From Promethearchaeota archaeon (GTDB lineage Archaea > Asgardarchaeota > Lokiarchaeia > Sigyniarchaeales > SOKP01): a stretch of 64,000 bases of DNA. A program made the position numbers and the translations under genes. Location of the stretch: assembly GCA_016839705.1 (NCBI GenBank), contig JAEOTR010000084.1, positions 1-64,000 on the forward strand, written 5' to 3'. Numbering within the stretch: the first letter of the stretch is position 1; each line of letters begins with the position of its first letter. Positions 20,268 through 31,017 of the stretch are shown in pieces. The notes under the pieces were generated by a model that was given only the letters and a program-made list of their open reading frames with translations, was not told where the DNA came from and searched no databases.

Positions 20268-21161
20268 CTATAATCCTTGTAAGAGCTTGCTAAAATCTGG
20301 TTCTTTAAAGAATTCATTATACACTTTTAACAATTCGATATTTACTAAGAATATTTTTTTGCCAGCTTTATTTTTTGTTGATCTGACTAAATTAAGATCT
20401 TTTAATTTGTTAAGATGGTAGAGGATAGTCCCTGGATAAATTTGTAGAGTTTCTCCAATATTAGATACGGTAACAGTCTCCTCTTTTAAGATCTCTTCCA
20501 AAATATTGAGAATTAGTGAGTTTAGAAAAATAATTTTAAATCGATCATAATCTTCTGGGATATCAGGCAAAAAATAATGAAGGGTTTTTCCGATTTTTTT
20601 TGATCTTATAAGATTGAATCTTTCTAGAGTCATAATATGTTTTAAAAAAGGAGTTCTAGTGATCTTTAAAATTTCTCCAATCCTTTCGTCTCTTGCATGT
20701 ATACCCGGGTTTTTCTTTATAAAATTTAATATTGCTACCAGTTTCTCATTAGTAAGAATTTCCAATTTTGTTCGTCTTTCATTTGTTACAATCCAAGTTT
20801 TTTCTTCTAATCCTCTAATAGCGAGAAAAATTTCTTCTTTACTGTATCCTTTTTTATAAGATAATTTTGCGATACATTTGGCATATAACTTTTCGATTAT
20901 TGGATATTTCTGGATTTGACCCTCAGATTCAACTTCGAATTCGGCATCATATCGCTTTAATTTTAATATATTTTTAGCGATATCCAAAACGTCCTTTTCT
21001 ATTTCTGTTAATTCCTCTACTATTTGTTCCTCTTTTAATTTTTTCTTTTTCTGTTCTTTCAATTCATTCAGAGGACTAAAATCTAAACGCCTAAATGAGC
21101 TTTCTTTTAGTAAATCTTTTTCCTTTGGTTCTTTGATCTCTCTTCTTCTCTCAAGCGACAT
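20268..21161 (-). CDS. multi winged-helix transcriptional regulator
   Basis: ILNFIKKNPGIH...HIMTLERFNLIRSKKIGK and GTILYHLNKLKDLNLV wHTH patterns. Confidence 0.75.
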   Translation of the reverse strand: MSLERRREIKEPKEKDLLKESSFRRLDFSPLNELKEQKKKKLKEEQIVEELTEIEKDVLDIAKNILKLKRYDAEFEVESEGQIQKYPIIEKLYAKCIAKLSYKKGYSKEEIFLAIRGLEEKTWIVTNERRTKLEILTNEKLVAILNFIKKNPGIHARDERIGEILKITRTPFLKHIMTLERFNLIRSKKIGKTLHYFLPDIPEDYDRFKIIFLNSLILNILEEILKEETVTVSNIGETLQIYPGTILYHLNKLKDLNLVRSTKNKAGKKIFLVNIELLKVYNEFFKEPDFSKLLQGL

Positions 21162-21162
21162 T

Positions 21163-22740
21163 TTAAGCGTTTTCCTCTAAGAACAGTACAAATTTTAATT
21201 GTTCTTCCATATCCATTACCCTTAACTGCTCTACAATTTTATCCAAGTGTTTAGGGTCAACATTTGGGAGCTTCCGAATTCTCTCAATTAATTTTTTTGG
21301 TATTTCTTTATACAAATCTACAATTGCCTCGATATACCTAACCTGTTCTTCTTGGTTTAAGAATGCAAGTTCCTCCAATAATTCTCTTTTTTCTTTCTTA
21401 GAGATTTCTAGATTGATGATTTGTTCTCTTAAATCCTTCGATAATACCGCAAATATCTTCGAAAAATATTCCTTAACTAATTTCTTATCTTTTTCACCCT
21501 TCACCGGCAAAAGTGATTCATGTAGTCTTAATTCAATGTCCTTCCCTTTTTTTTCTCTTTCTATTTTCTCAATAGTCTCTACCGAATCTTCAACCTTTTC
21601 CAACTTTTGTTCAATTTTAGCATCAATTATAGGAGGTTCTTTTTCTATTGGTAAAATTTCTGGATGTAGTGGTTTTCCAACAGGTTCTTTTAGTAGTTCC
21701 TCTTTTCCTTCAGTTTCGGATTTTAATGAGGGCTCAATTACTTTATAAATCTGTTGAGTATAGGTGGATTTTTCTTCTTTTGATGTTATTTGAGGTTTTT
21801 CTGAAGGTTTAGTTACAAAAAGGAAGAATAGAAGAACTCCCTTTAACAAAGTAAATATCCCTGCAGCATAGAAAAGCACGCCCAGAACGCCAATGATTAC
21901 AATTTTAATGGAATCTCCAATTTCGAAGCTTTGTTTAGTTCCAATTAAAGATCTTAATTTTCTATCAATAAGCAAAGCTATAGATGAAATTATTAAAAAG
22001 CCAAAATAAATCAACAATATTATAGGGATTTCAAGGAAAAATGGATAATAAATCGTGATTGAATCTCCTGTTGGAATGTATAATCTATCAGAAAATACCG
22101 TAAAGATTCCAATAAGTATTATTACAAACCCGGCCTTGCTAGAAAAATAATTAATTGAATTTTTTGCTAACAATCCGTAGTCATAAGATTTAAGGTTTTT
22201 ATTTTCACTATTCACGATGACATAAATAAAAATAAATACCCCTTTTATCAAAATTATAACCCCAGTTCCATATAGAACACAACCCAGAATTCCCCAACAT
22301 AGGGAATCTAGAAAAATTTCATTATACTTTTTTTCCTTGATTTTAGGAGCAATATACGCCCTTTCATATACTAATAAGAGGAGCCCAATCAGACCTGGTA
22401 AAAACCGGTTAAAAAGGATAAAGCTCCAACTATTTAAATTAAATGCAATTTCAGCAATTAAACCGAATGATATAAATGTGAAGAAAAACAAAGGGAGAAA
22501 TGAGATTTTGTTTAAGAATTGAATCATCTTGTCAAGGTTCGAAGATTCTTTCTCAGATAAAGCAATAGTGTTAGTAAATTTTCTGGTAATCGGAGTTGGT
22601 GCTGGTTTAAATTTCACACCTTCTAAATTAAATGGGGAACCACACCTCTCACAATATACTTGAATTTGACTATCTATTAAATTTGATAGTTCACTTGGAA
22701 ATGAATAACCGCACTCTCTACAAATAAAAGTCTTTTTCAT
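21163..22740 (-). CDS. Zn-ribbon plus multi-pass membrane protein with charged C-terminal domain
   Basis: CRECG...CERCG at the N-terminus, hydrophobic core, helical C-terminus; abuts the wHTH gene. Confidence 0.75.
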   Translation of the reverse strand: MKKTFICRECGYSFPSELSNLIDSQIQVYCERCGSPFNLEGVKFKPAPTPITRKFTNTIALSEKESSNLDKMIQFLNKISFLPLFFFTFISFGLIAEIAFNLNSWSFILFNRFLPGLIGLLLLVYERAYIAPKIKEKKYNEIFLDSLCWGILGCVLYGTGVIILIKGVFIFIYVIVNSENKNLKSYDYGLLAKNSINYFSSKAGFVIILIGIFTVFSDRLYIPTGDSITIYYPFFLEIPIILLIYFGFLIISSIALLIDRKLRSLIGTKQSFEIGDSIKIVIIGVLGVLFYAAGIFTLLKGVLLFFLFVTKPSEKPQITSKEEKSTYTQQIYKVIEPSLKSETEGKEELLKEPVGKPLHPEILPIEKEPPIIDAKIEQKLEKVEDSVETIEKIEREKKGKDIELRLHESLLPVKGEKDKKLVKEYFSKIFAVLSKDLREQIINLEISKKEKRELLEELAFLNQEEQVRYIEAIVDLYKEIPKKLIERIRKLPNVDPKHLDKIVEQLRVMDMEEQLKFVLFLEENA

Positions 22741-22831
22741 ATATCTAAACTACACCTTGGTAATTAAATTTTAATTTGGTTGCTTTAATTTTTTTTTATA
22801 TTTTTTTTTCAATTAGAAAAACATTGAAGTA

Positions 22832-23308
22832 TTAGGGAGTTGGAATCAATGGTTCTTGATATTTAATTAACCTTAATCCCTTCCCACAGTTAACACAATA
22901 AGCAATATTCCGTAAAAGCATTTGATTAATCATTTTTTCAGTAAATCTTTTACCACATTCAGTGCAGTATAAATTGTTATTTCTAATACTCATTGCATTC
23001 TGAAGATTATCATTTTGTGTTTGTTTCTTAAGTTTTTTTTCTCCTGAAATTAAGTCATAAAATCCCTTACATAATTTATAAAATAACAGACCAATTCCCT
23101 TGAGAATATAATAGATACCCTTAAGAATATAATAAATTAAGTATGCTATACCCTTTATAATATAATATACAAGCGTTATGATTAGTGTCAGAATTGCAAT
23201 GATTCCGATAATAGATAAGATCTGTCCATAAATAGGTTGTACCAAATACCAATTAATAAACTCATTATACCACAGAGTTAAATTGTCAATAATATCTCTC
23301 CAATCCAT
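22832..23308 (-). CDS. membrane-anchored protein with C-terminal Zn ribbon
   Basis: Hydrophobic segment with YYI[IL]KGI repeats; CTECG...CVNCG. Confidence 0.7.
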   Translation of the reverse strand: MDWRDIIDNLTLWYNEFINWYLVQPIYGQILSIIGIIAILTLIITLVYYIIKGIAYLIYYILKGIYYILKGIGLLFYKLCKGFYDLISGEKKLKKQTQNDNLQNAMSIRNNNLYCTECGKRFTEKMINQMLLRNIAYCVNCGKGLRLIKYQEPLIPTP

Positions 23309-23449
23309 TTTTTATATCACATTTTATATAAATTTATTACTAATTAACAAGCATTAAAAGATGATTTTAAAAAATTTGGGGTCCAATGTTTATAAAAAAA
23401 TTGGAAATAACTGATACTAACAGAATTATTTACAAAATGACTACGAAAT

Positions 23450-23956
23450 TCAAGTGTCTAGAATTTTTTTTTGCCAATTTATTGAGGTGACAGTCTTGTG
23501 GAGAAAGTGATCATCATCTACGATATTATATGCTAAATTAGTAAAAAAATGTCGTGCTCTTTCTCGCGCTGGTTTATAGGGAACAGTTGAATCATTTTTT
23601 CCATGATAAACGGTTACTGGAATATCTACAGGTTTGTACATGTTTAGCTTAAGTTTACGGGACACGATAAAAGGTGCTAATAAGATTAATTGCTTAACAT
23701 TAGTAGGATTTTGCAACGCATATAAAGCACTCATTAACCCCCCAAAGCTAGAACCAATTATTATCCATTGTTTTTTTGAATTTAGTATAGCGTTCAATTC
23801 AGTCATTCTATATTCTAACAATTCATACATAGTGATATTTTCATTAGACTCCTTAAAATCAGGAGTGAGAATATCGGGAAACACACTTTTTAGGAATCTA
23901 CCTTTAAAACCTCGACCTGAACTTTCAAGTCCATGTATAAAAATTATATTTTGCAT
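23450..23956 (-). CDS. alpha/beta hydrolase (YqiA-like esterase)
   Basis: FIHGLES, GSSFGG nucleophile elbow, HGKND, DDHFL. Confidence 0.87.
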   Translation of the reverse strand: MQNIIFIHGLESSGRGFKGRFLKSVFPDILTPDFKESNENITMYELLEYRMTELNAILNSKKQWIIIGSSFGGLMSALYALQNPTNVKQLILLAPFIVSRKLKLNMYKPVDIPVTVYHGKNDSTVPYKPARERARHFFTNLAYNIVDDDHFLHKTVTSINWQKKILDT

Positions 23957-23993
23957 GAAATTTGACTTTAAAAAAATTTAATTTAAACTTCAA

Positions 23994-25070
23994 TCATTCA
24001 ACTTCAGACTTTGAAAGATAACTATAATCTTCCTCTCTTAGTAATCTCATTTCTTTCTTATGCCCAAAATAAACCAAGATACCAAACACACTAAAATATA
24101 TAATGAGAAACAATACAGTAAAGAAGTAATACTTATAGGTAAAACTCATAAAATGCAAAGCACTCCCTAAAATAAATCCAGTAAATAACCTTGATTTAGT
24201 AGTGCTTTTCCTAAATAATAGTCTTTGAGTACCCCAATCAATTATTGCGGGGATCGGTAAAATTATGATCAAAATTAAGGCAATCTCGTTACTGAACTGT
24301 ACCTGGAAAATCCTCTCCATTAAATAGGTAAAGAACATAGAGAAAAGTCCACCAAGTATTACACCGGAACATCTTGAACAAAAGTATATTTTCGTTCTCC
24401 CAAATTTTAGGTAAAAAGTATGATCAGAGTCGGATATTGGATGATGTGTTAAAAACATATAATACAAATGCCTTTCGCTTGCAGCAAAGGTTTTATCATA
24501 AAGAAATAACAATATTGGGATTATAAAGACAACAGAAATTAGAGCTTGAGTAAAATAATTAAAGCCATAATTGATGATCAATATTTCTAAGGTAAATTGA
24601 TCTAGATAAAACAATCCTTGAAGGATGGTAATTATTCCAGCCATGATAAAAGAGATAATAATTAAAACGACAAAGGTATAATATATTTTAATTCCCTCAA
24701 GGTACTTTGATGGCTTGTATTTATATAATCCTACTAATAATCCAAAAATAGCCACAATTAGGCACCACTCAAAGTAAATTTGATTATAAAAAGCCAATTG
24801 ATAGAGAAATTCTGCCATGAAACCATCTATTAAACCATGTATAGAACCCGCTAAAACTGATAAAAATCCAAATAACAATAGTGTAATACCAAACCTAAGG
24901 ATAAATCCTGGAGATTCTATAAAAATGGTTGAGATCGAGCCAAATGTCTCTGCAATATAGACATAAGAGATGATGATAAACATACTTATAAGTAGATTTA
25001 AAAAAATTAATCGAAAATAGCTATTTCTCTCTGCTTCTTGAGGAACTTCATTCAATGTAATTGAATACAC
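23994..25070 (-). CDS. membrane protein, ECF S-component-like N-terminal part fused to a DUF2085-like domain
   Basis: Multiple TM helices; HHP...DHTF...FCSRCSG...IDWGTQ...RLFTG. Confidence 0.65.
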   Translation of the reverse strand: MYSITLNEVPQEAERNSYFRLIFLNLLISMFIIISYVYIAETFGSISTIFIESPGFILRFGITLLLFGFLSVLAGSIHGLIDGFMAEFLYQLAFYNQIYFEWCLIVAIFGLLVGLYKYKPSKYLEGIKIYYTFVVLIIISFIMAGIITILQGLFYLDQFTLEILIINYGFNYFTQALISVVFIIPILLFLYDKTFAASERHLYYMFLTHHPISDSDHTFYLKFGRTKIYFCSRCSGVILGGLFSMFFTYLMERIFQVQFSNEIALILIIILPIPAIIDWGTQRLLFRKSTTKSRLFTGFILGSALHFMSFTYKYYFFTVLFLIIYFSVFGILVYFGHKKEMRLLREEDYSYLSKSEVE

Positions 25071-25104
25071 TCTTAATATTTATAGCTTTCAATTTATAAT
25101 CTTA

Positions 25105-25764
25105 TTAATTAAAGATAATATCAAGGTCTTCAATTAGTTGTTTTTTGGTTAACTCAAAACCTTTTCTGAGGACATTTAAAATGATTTTCTTCCCGATCGG
25201 CACGCTTAGAATACTATCATCCCGTTCAACTATTGATATTCCCTCATCATTATAATCCAATTGGCGTTTTAAAGCTTGGTACGCCTTTTCTTTTGTTTTG
25301 AATGCTGCTCTTGACAATTCTGCATAATCATTTATATCTTCATTAACTTTCAGTAATAAAACACTTTCTTCCACTTGTGTAATAAAACATTTCTTTGTTA
25401 CTTCCTTTAAAGATGTATAATTTCGATGATTCTTCTTACACTGTCTATCGGTTTGATCATTCTCCAAGTAGACTGGAAAATTTCTATTAATAATTCTATT
25501 ATATTGTTCTTTTGATATTTCCCCATTAGTAATTAATTCCTTAGCAGAATCAAGAGTTATCTTTATTTGTTCCCGAGTTCCTACACGAGCATCTTTATCA
25601 GACCAGTATTTATAAAAAGATTTTACGATGGGTTTCACAATCACGTTTAAAATCCCACTTTCTAGTTCATCATCAATTAATGACTTTCCATAATTAAGGG
25701 AAATATCCATTTGATCCATCATTCTTCTTTCTAAGATTTTATAATTTCTCTCGATACCTTCCAT
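25105..25764 (-). CDS. hypothetical protein (paralog of 25829-26491)
   Basis: Shares ERNY, LIDxELxxG, KPxVK, DQTxxQCxKxHxNY, PxGxKI, LRKGF with its neighbour. ATG 25764 aligns with the paralog start. Confidence 0.8.
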   Translation of the reverse strand: MEGIERNYKILERRMMDQMDISLNYGKSLIDDELESGILNVIVKPIVKSFYKYWSDKDARVGTREQIKITLDSAKELITNGEISKEQYNRIINRNFPVYLENDQTDRQCKKNHRNYTSLKEVTKKCFITQVEESVLLLKVNEDINDYAELSRAAFKTKEKAYQALKRQLDYNDEGISIVERDDSILSVPIGKKIILNVLRKGFELTKKQLIEDLDIIFN

Positions 25765-25828
25765 GCTAATTTTTCCAAAAAGCAATATAAGAATAATTGT
25801 TAGAATTTTTCATGAGTTTAATTTTTTA

Positions 25829-26491
25829 TTATTTTTGATTATATGTTTCATTTAGCGATTGAAAAAACTCCTTCTTTGTTTTTAAAAAACCTTTCCTTAG
25901 AGTTTTTACTATTATCTTTCTCCCCACAGGTATTTTTAAAATAGAAAGATCCTCTTCAACGATTTTAATTCCTCTATCTGTAAAATTTAATTGTTTCATC
26001 AAATTTTCCTCAGCAACTTCTTTTGATTTAAAAGCAACTCGGCATAAATCACCGTAATCTTCAACATCATCCTTTACTTCTAGAAGCTTTATTACTTCTT
26101 TTAAATAATTTATAAACGTTTTTCTTGCTACTTCTATTATTCTATTATAATTTTTATGCTGTTTACTACATTGTTGCGACGTTTGATCTGCTTCAAGATA
26201 TTTTGGTAAGCTCTCAGTAACAATTCTATTAAAATTGTCATCAGTAATTCCATTCTTTAATAACTTTATACCCGCATCTAAAGTTAGGTTAATTTGTTTA
26301 AGAGTATTTCCTCTTACATCGTTTTGAGCCCAGTTGTCATAGAAAATTTTAACAAGCGGTTTAATTAGAAAATTCAGAAGTCCTGTATCCAATTCCTCAT
26401 CAATAAGTTTTCTGCCCATTAAAATTGAATTTTCCATCTGTTGAATCATTCGTTGTTTTACCAGATGATAATTTCTTTCTAAATAATCCAA
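25829..26491 (-). CDS. hypothetical protein (paralog of 25105-25764)
   Basis: Same shared motifs; TTG start after GGAG. Confidence 0.8.
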   Translation of the reverse strand: MDYLERNYHLVKQRMIQQMENSILMGRKLIDEELDTGLLNFLIKPLVKIFYDNWAQNDVRGNTLKQINLTLDAGIKLLKNGITDDNFNRIVTESLPKYLEADQTSQQCSKQHKNYNRIIEVARKTFINYLKEVIKLLEVKDDVEDYGDLCRVAFKSKEVAEENLMKQLNFTDRGIKIVEEDLSILKIPVGRKIIVKTLRKGFLKTKKEFFQSLNETYNQK

Positions 26492-26676
26492 TGTTTAATC
26501 TCCGAATGGTTCAAAACAAAAATATAAATTTCTAAACTCAATTAATTATTATTAAAAGAGTTCTATTCTTTTAAAATAATTTCATAAGTTTTATACTATT
26601 AATTTTATGTGTTTAAAATTAAAAATGAGAAAGAATTAATTACAACAAAAGATTGTGAAAATAAAACTTTATAAAA

Positions 26677-29600
26677 ATGCCTTATCACTTAAAGGTTTTA
26701 ATCTTAGGAGATCCTGACATTATTCATTTCTATGTGTCTAGAGCTTTTGGTGAGCCCGGAGAAGATAAAGAAACATATTTTGAATGGTATAAAGAAGTAA
26801 AAGTATTAGAAGATACATGTGCTTTAGAAATAGATGCAATTACAAACATATCTGCTGATTTAGACGAAATACTAGACATGGTAGATGGGATCGTTTACTT
26901 TTTAAACCCTTTGAACGAGGAGGAATCTGAATTATTTCAAATGGTTCTTCCTGACATTTTTGCCGTGAAGCGAGAAATACCCACAGTTGTTATCTTTTAT
27001 GATCAAAATGGGATTCTTCCTTTATCGGTAAATGAGCTACTAACTAATATTTGGGTCAGTTATCCAAGTCTAGAAGCTTTTGTAAATCTGAATCCAAAAG
27101 AATTTCACCAAGCGCTTCAATCTCTATGTATGGCTATTATAAATGGGGATACTCCTTTAAATATAGAGAATGCCTGGATGAGATTTCCAATCTTTATTCA
27201 GATGGCTAACGTGTACTTTGCCAATAATAATTACTATTATGCAGCTCAAGCTGTAAAAAAAGCTGCAGCAATTGCAGAAATTTACAATAAAGAAGAATAT
27301 TATATTATATTAGACCAAGCAGCTAATCTTTATTCAAAAATTAACTTATATTTAGAAGCCAGCAAGATCTTAGAAGAAATAGATAAAAAAAAATCACTAA
27401 ATTTTAAGAAATTATATGCTGATGCCATGATTAGAGAGGGAAATATCCATTTTAATAAACGGGAATTTGAAACCGCTGCTAAGCAATATGAAAGAGCGGG
27501 CCAATGGTTAAGTATAGAATTATTAGATAAAGAAATGGTTAGTGAGGCATTTAGATTAGCTATCAATTCTTGGATATCTGCTTGCCAAGTTGAGAGAGCC
27601 TTTAGAATCCTTGAAAATTTACCTCACGAAGAATCACAAAATATATTAAATCGCATTTCTGAAAAAATTGGAGCCGCAGCAGAATTTTTAGTAGAGGCTA
27701 AAAAGTATGAGTTAGCAAGAGAGCAATTATACTTCGCAATAAATAAATATCAAAGAGAAGCACTTTCAGATCATCTAAAATACCTTACTGATAAATTAAC
27801 TGAAATTTTAATTCAGATTTTTAAAATTCAAGTAAAAACTAATGAAATTTATGCTGCAAAATATACTTATGATGAAATTGAGAATATGTGGGATTCTTAT
27901 AAAGTGGAAACAACTGATTTAGATTCAATTATAAAGATACTAATTAATTCATTCTTAGCAAAAAATAACTTTGGAATCGCAACAGTCTTAATAAACAAAT
28001 TAAATTCTTTGATGTTAAAACAAGATTTAAGCAAAATTAGTGCAGAATTAGAAGATAAATATAATGATTCAATAAAAAAAGAAATCAGGGATTATATTAA
28101 GAAAGGTGAAAAAATTCTTGCTGAGTTTGTTAAAGCTGAATTAGATATAATAACAGATATGAATAGAAATAAAATAGAAGAAGCTAACGCATTTATTACA
28201 GAGAATAAACACCTCAAAGCCGGAAATCTTTTATTGAACCAAGCGAATTACCTAAAAAAAATAGGAAAGGATGATATAACGGATCAAATCCTCACAAAAT
28301 CTTTGGACACATTTTTGGAAGGTGAAATTTTCGATGAATTTTTTATTACTTTTAACAGCTTGTCAAAAGAAATGAAAGGAAAGTACTTAATCAGGATTTT
28401 TCAGGTTTTTCTTGATAAATTAAAAGGTATTGAAAAATTAGACGATTATGAAAGAAAAGAAAAAATTTTAGAAGAATCAAATCGGATTTATCGTAGCCAT
28501 GAATTATATGATGAATCAAAGGAAATCAGTTTAATGTTCATAAAAAATATCAAAAAAGAAGCTTTAGTAATACTCGAAAATGAAGAAAATAGTTCTGGGA
28601 TTAAAAAAGTTAATGAATTAGTAAAGAAAGCTGCTAATGTATCATCAGCTTATTTAGATAAGGAAGAAAGAGCTCAAGTAAATTTTGATGAAATATATAA
28701 GAAGATTTCCGAAATTTATATTGATTTAGACGACTTACATTCTGCTCAAACATATAATGATAGAATTGAGAATAAAGCTTATACCAAAGAGATTCATAAA
28801 AAGATAGCTGAACTTGAAGCGGAAAAAAGTAGTGAGTGGACAAAAAAAGCAGAAGAATCCCGAGAAGAAGAGGTTTCGAAAGAAAGTCTTTCAATTATTG
28901 AAAGTAAAGCGAGAGAAGCCTTTTTAGACAAAAGTAACGAATATAAAGGAAGGAAAGCCCTAATAAAATCATATTTTCAAGAATGCTTAAATCATCTCAA
29001 AAACAACGAATTTGAAAAATCAATCTTAGAGTACAAAAATACAATCAGTCGGTTAATTAATATAAAAAAATATAATCTAGCAGGTGTTTCATTAGCAGTA
29101 GTAAGCTTATTGCTAATAAGGGAAAATAAATTTGAAGAAATTAAAGAAATATTAGAAAAAACAAAAGAAAAACTTTCTGGATTGGATATAGAAACTTTCT
29201 CAGTTACCTTAATAGAATACATAATTCTAGTAAAAAAGTTCCAAGATAAAAACAAGGTTGACAAGGTTATTTCGCTCATGAAAAATCTCCCATTATTTGA
29301 AGAAGAATTGAAAATTCTTTATGATTATCTAGGAGAAGAATATAAGAAAGAAGGAAAAGGTGAACCAATTGAAAAAAAAAAATTGGTGGAAATAGATCAA
29401 AGATATGGTAAACTCGAATCTAAAAAGGGAGATGCTAGAACAAGTAAGGATATTCTATTCAAGCAAAGAAAAGTAATGAGAAAACGATTATATTCAACCA
29501 TATTAGAGTTATTAGAAGCGCAAGAATACGAAGCAGCGGCAACAGAATATTTACAATTAGCAAACTCACGTTTAAAAATGAAAGACTTCGGAACTAGTTC

Positions 29601-29859
29601 TTTAATGATACTCTTACATGGATTAAGCCTCTTAAAGGCAGAAGAATCTTTAAAATTAATTAAAAAGAACATAACTGATTTTTTAAATAGCCTAGGAGTT
29701 AATAAGAAATTGATTGAAGAAACATTTTATATTATGCTTATAATGTTTATAATTGATATTAAAATATACTCTTTAGATAAGTATTTACCAAAAATTAAAG
29801 AGATGTTAGATTTACTACCGTTATTTGAGAAAGAAAATCAGCTTATAGATATCTTATAA
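26677..29859 (+). CDS. large protein: degenerate small-GTPase-like N-terminal domain plus TPR/SNAP-like helical repeats
   Basis: LKVLILGD...DGIVYFLNP...PTVVIF topology without GKT/NKxD; repeated motifs such as EFETAAKQYERAG and EYEAAATEY. Confidence 0.65.
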   Translation: MPYHLKVLILGDPDIIHFYVSRAFGEPGEDKETYFEWYKEVKVLEDTCALEIDAITNISADLDEILDMVDGIVYFLNPLNEEESELFQMVLPDIFAVKREIPTVVIFYDQNGILPLSVNELLTNIWVSYPSLEAFVNLNPKEFHQALQSLCMAIINGDTPLNIENAWMRFPIFIQMANVYFANNNYYYAAQAVKKAAAIAEIYNKEEYYIILDQAANLYSKINLYLEASKILEEIDKKKSLNFKKLYADAMIREGNIHFNKREFETAAKQYERAGQWLSIELLDKEMVSEAFRLAINSWISACQVERAFRILENLPHEESQNILNRISEKIGAAAEFLVEAKKYELAREQLYFAINKYQREALSDHLKYLTDKLTEILIQIFKIQVKTNEIYAAKYTYDEIENMWDSYKVETTDLDSIIKILINSFLAKNNFGIATVLINKLNSLMLKQDLSKISAELEDKYNDSIKKEIRDYIKKGEKILAEFVKAELDIITDMNRNKIEEANAFITENKHLKAGNLLLNQANYLKKIGKDDITDQILTKSLDTFLEGEIFDEFFITFNSLSKEMKGKYLIRIFQVFLDKLKGIEKLDDYERKEKILEESNRIYRSHELYDESKEISLMFIKNIKKEALVILENEENSSGIKKVNELVKKAANVSSAYLDKEERAQVNFDEIYKKISEIYIDLDDLHSAQTYNDRIENKAYTKEIHKKIAELEAEKSSEWTKKAEESREEEVSKESLSIIESKAREAFLDKSNEYKGRKALIKSYFQECLNHLKNNEFEKSILEYKNTISRLINIKKYNLAGVSLAVVSLLLIRENKFEEIKEILEKTKEKLSGLDIETFSVTLIEYIILVKKFQDKNKVDKVISLMKNLPLFEEELKILYDYLGEEYKKEGKGEPIEKKKLVEIDQRYGKLESKKGDARTSKDILFKQRKVMRKRLYSTILELLEAQEYEAAATEYLQLANSRLKMKDFGTSSLMILLHGLSLLKAEESLKLIKKNITDFLNSLGVNKKLIEETFYIMLIMFIIDIKIYSLDKYLPKIKEMLDLLPLFEKENQLIDIL

Positions 29860-29888
29860 AATTAGAATAATTGGTAGTTTTTTTAGAA

Positions 29889-30812
29889 TTAATCTACAAT
29901 ATTTGCGTACTTTTGCAAGTCCTTTACTCTCATCCGCAAAGTCACTTCAGTTACACGTGCTAATTTTGAGATTTCCTTCTGGGTTCTGTTTTCATTGCTT
30001 ATTTTTGAAGCGATATAAATAGCGGCGGCAGCAATTCCTTTTGGGTCCTTACCTGCTGAATTAAATCCACTCTCTCTTGCTTTATCAATCAATTTTACCG
30101 CTATATTCCTACATTGCATTGAAAGTTTTAACTCTTCATTAAATTTATCAACATAGCGATCTGCTGAGAAGTGTTGGACTTTCATTCCTAATTTTGGGAG
30201 AACTTCCATAAGTATTAAGCGATAACTTTTAATGACTTTCTTTTTAGGAATTTGTGCGACTTTAGTTATTTCTTCGGCAGTTCTAGGTATTCCATGAACT
30301 CTTAATGCCGCAAATATCGAGGCTGATAATAATGTATCTATACTTCTTCCCATGGTTAATTTCTTTTTAACGGTTTGGGTATAGATTCGAAGGGCATCCT
30401 CTGCAACAGCATCCGGAATTCCTAATCTTTTCTGTAAACGTTGTAAATTTGGTAAAGCTATCCATAAATTTCTCTCATAACTGGTTGTTAAAGATCTATG
30501 GATTTTCGCTAACCGGTTAAATTTCGATTTATATTTAGGACTTAGTAAGGTACCTCTTGCGTCTCTTGATCCTCTGATAATCGTTCTGGGACCTATAGGG
30601 CTATAAACTCTTTCACTACTTTTCCTCTTCTGAATTTCTTCTTGCGTGAAAGCTCTCCGAGGACTATCATCAAGAATTCTAGAATATACAAAACCACAGT
30701 TTAAACAAACGTAAAATCCATCTTCTTCACTAATCTTTGAATTATCACAACAAGGTCTTCCTTCCTCTCCATTCTCTTCAAAAAAATCATTATCTTCAGA
30801 ATGAGACGGCAT
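29889..30812 (-). CDS. tfb: transcription initiation factor IIB (TFB)
   Basis: Zn ribbon (CC...VCLNCG), ERNL, GRSI, GKDPKGIAAAAIY, RTQKEI...VTEVTLRMR. Confidence 0.95.
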   Translation of the reverse strand: MPSHSEDNDFFEENGEEGRPCCDNSKISEEDGFYVCLNCGFVYSRILDDSPRRAFTQEEIQKRKSSERVYSPIGPRTIIRGSRDARGTLLSPKYKSKFNRLAKIHRSLTTSYERNLWIALPNLQRLQKRLGIPDAVAEDALRIYTQTVKKKLTMGRSIDTLLSASIFAALRVHGIPRTAEEITKVAQIPKKKVIKSYRLILMEVLPKLGMKVQHFSADRYVDKFNEELKLSMQCRNIAVKLIDKARESGFNSAGKDPKGIAAAAIYIASKISNENRTQKEISKLARVTEVTLRMRVKDLQKYANIVD

Positions 30813-31017
30813 AATTACTTAAATTATTAAGGGATGAATATGGAATTTTCCATTTTTAGTATAAAATACATAATCTAATAAATATTTAAGTGTGATTAAT
30901 AAAAAAATTAAGTTGTGAAAATTTAAATCAAAACCTTTTAACTAGTATAATAAAATTATAATAATAATTATAAAAACGAAATTACCCTATAATTATTTAA
31001 AAAAACCTTGATATACT

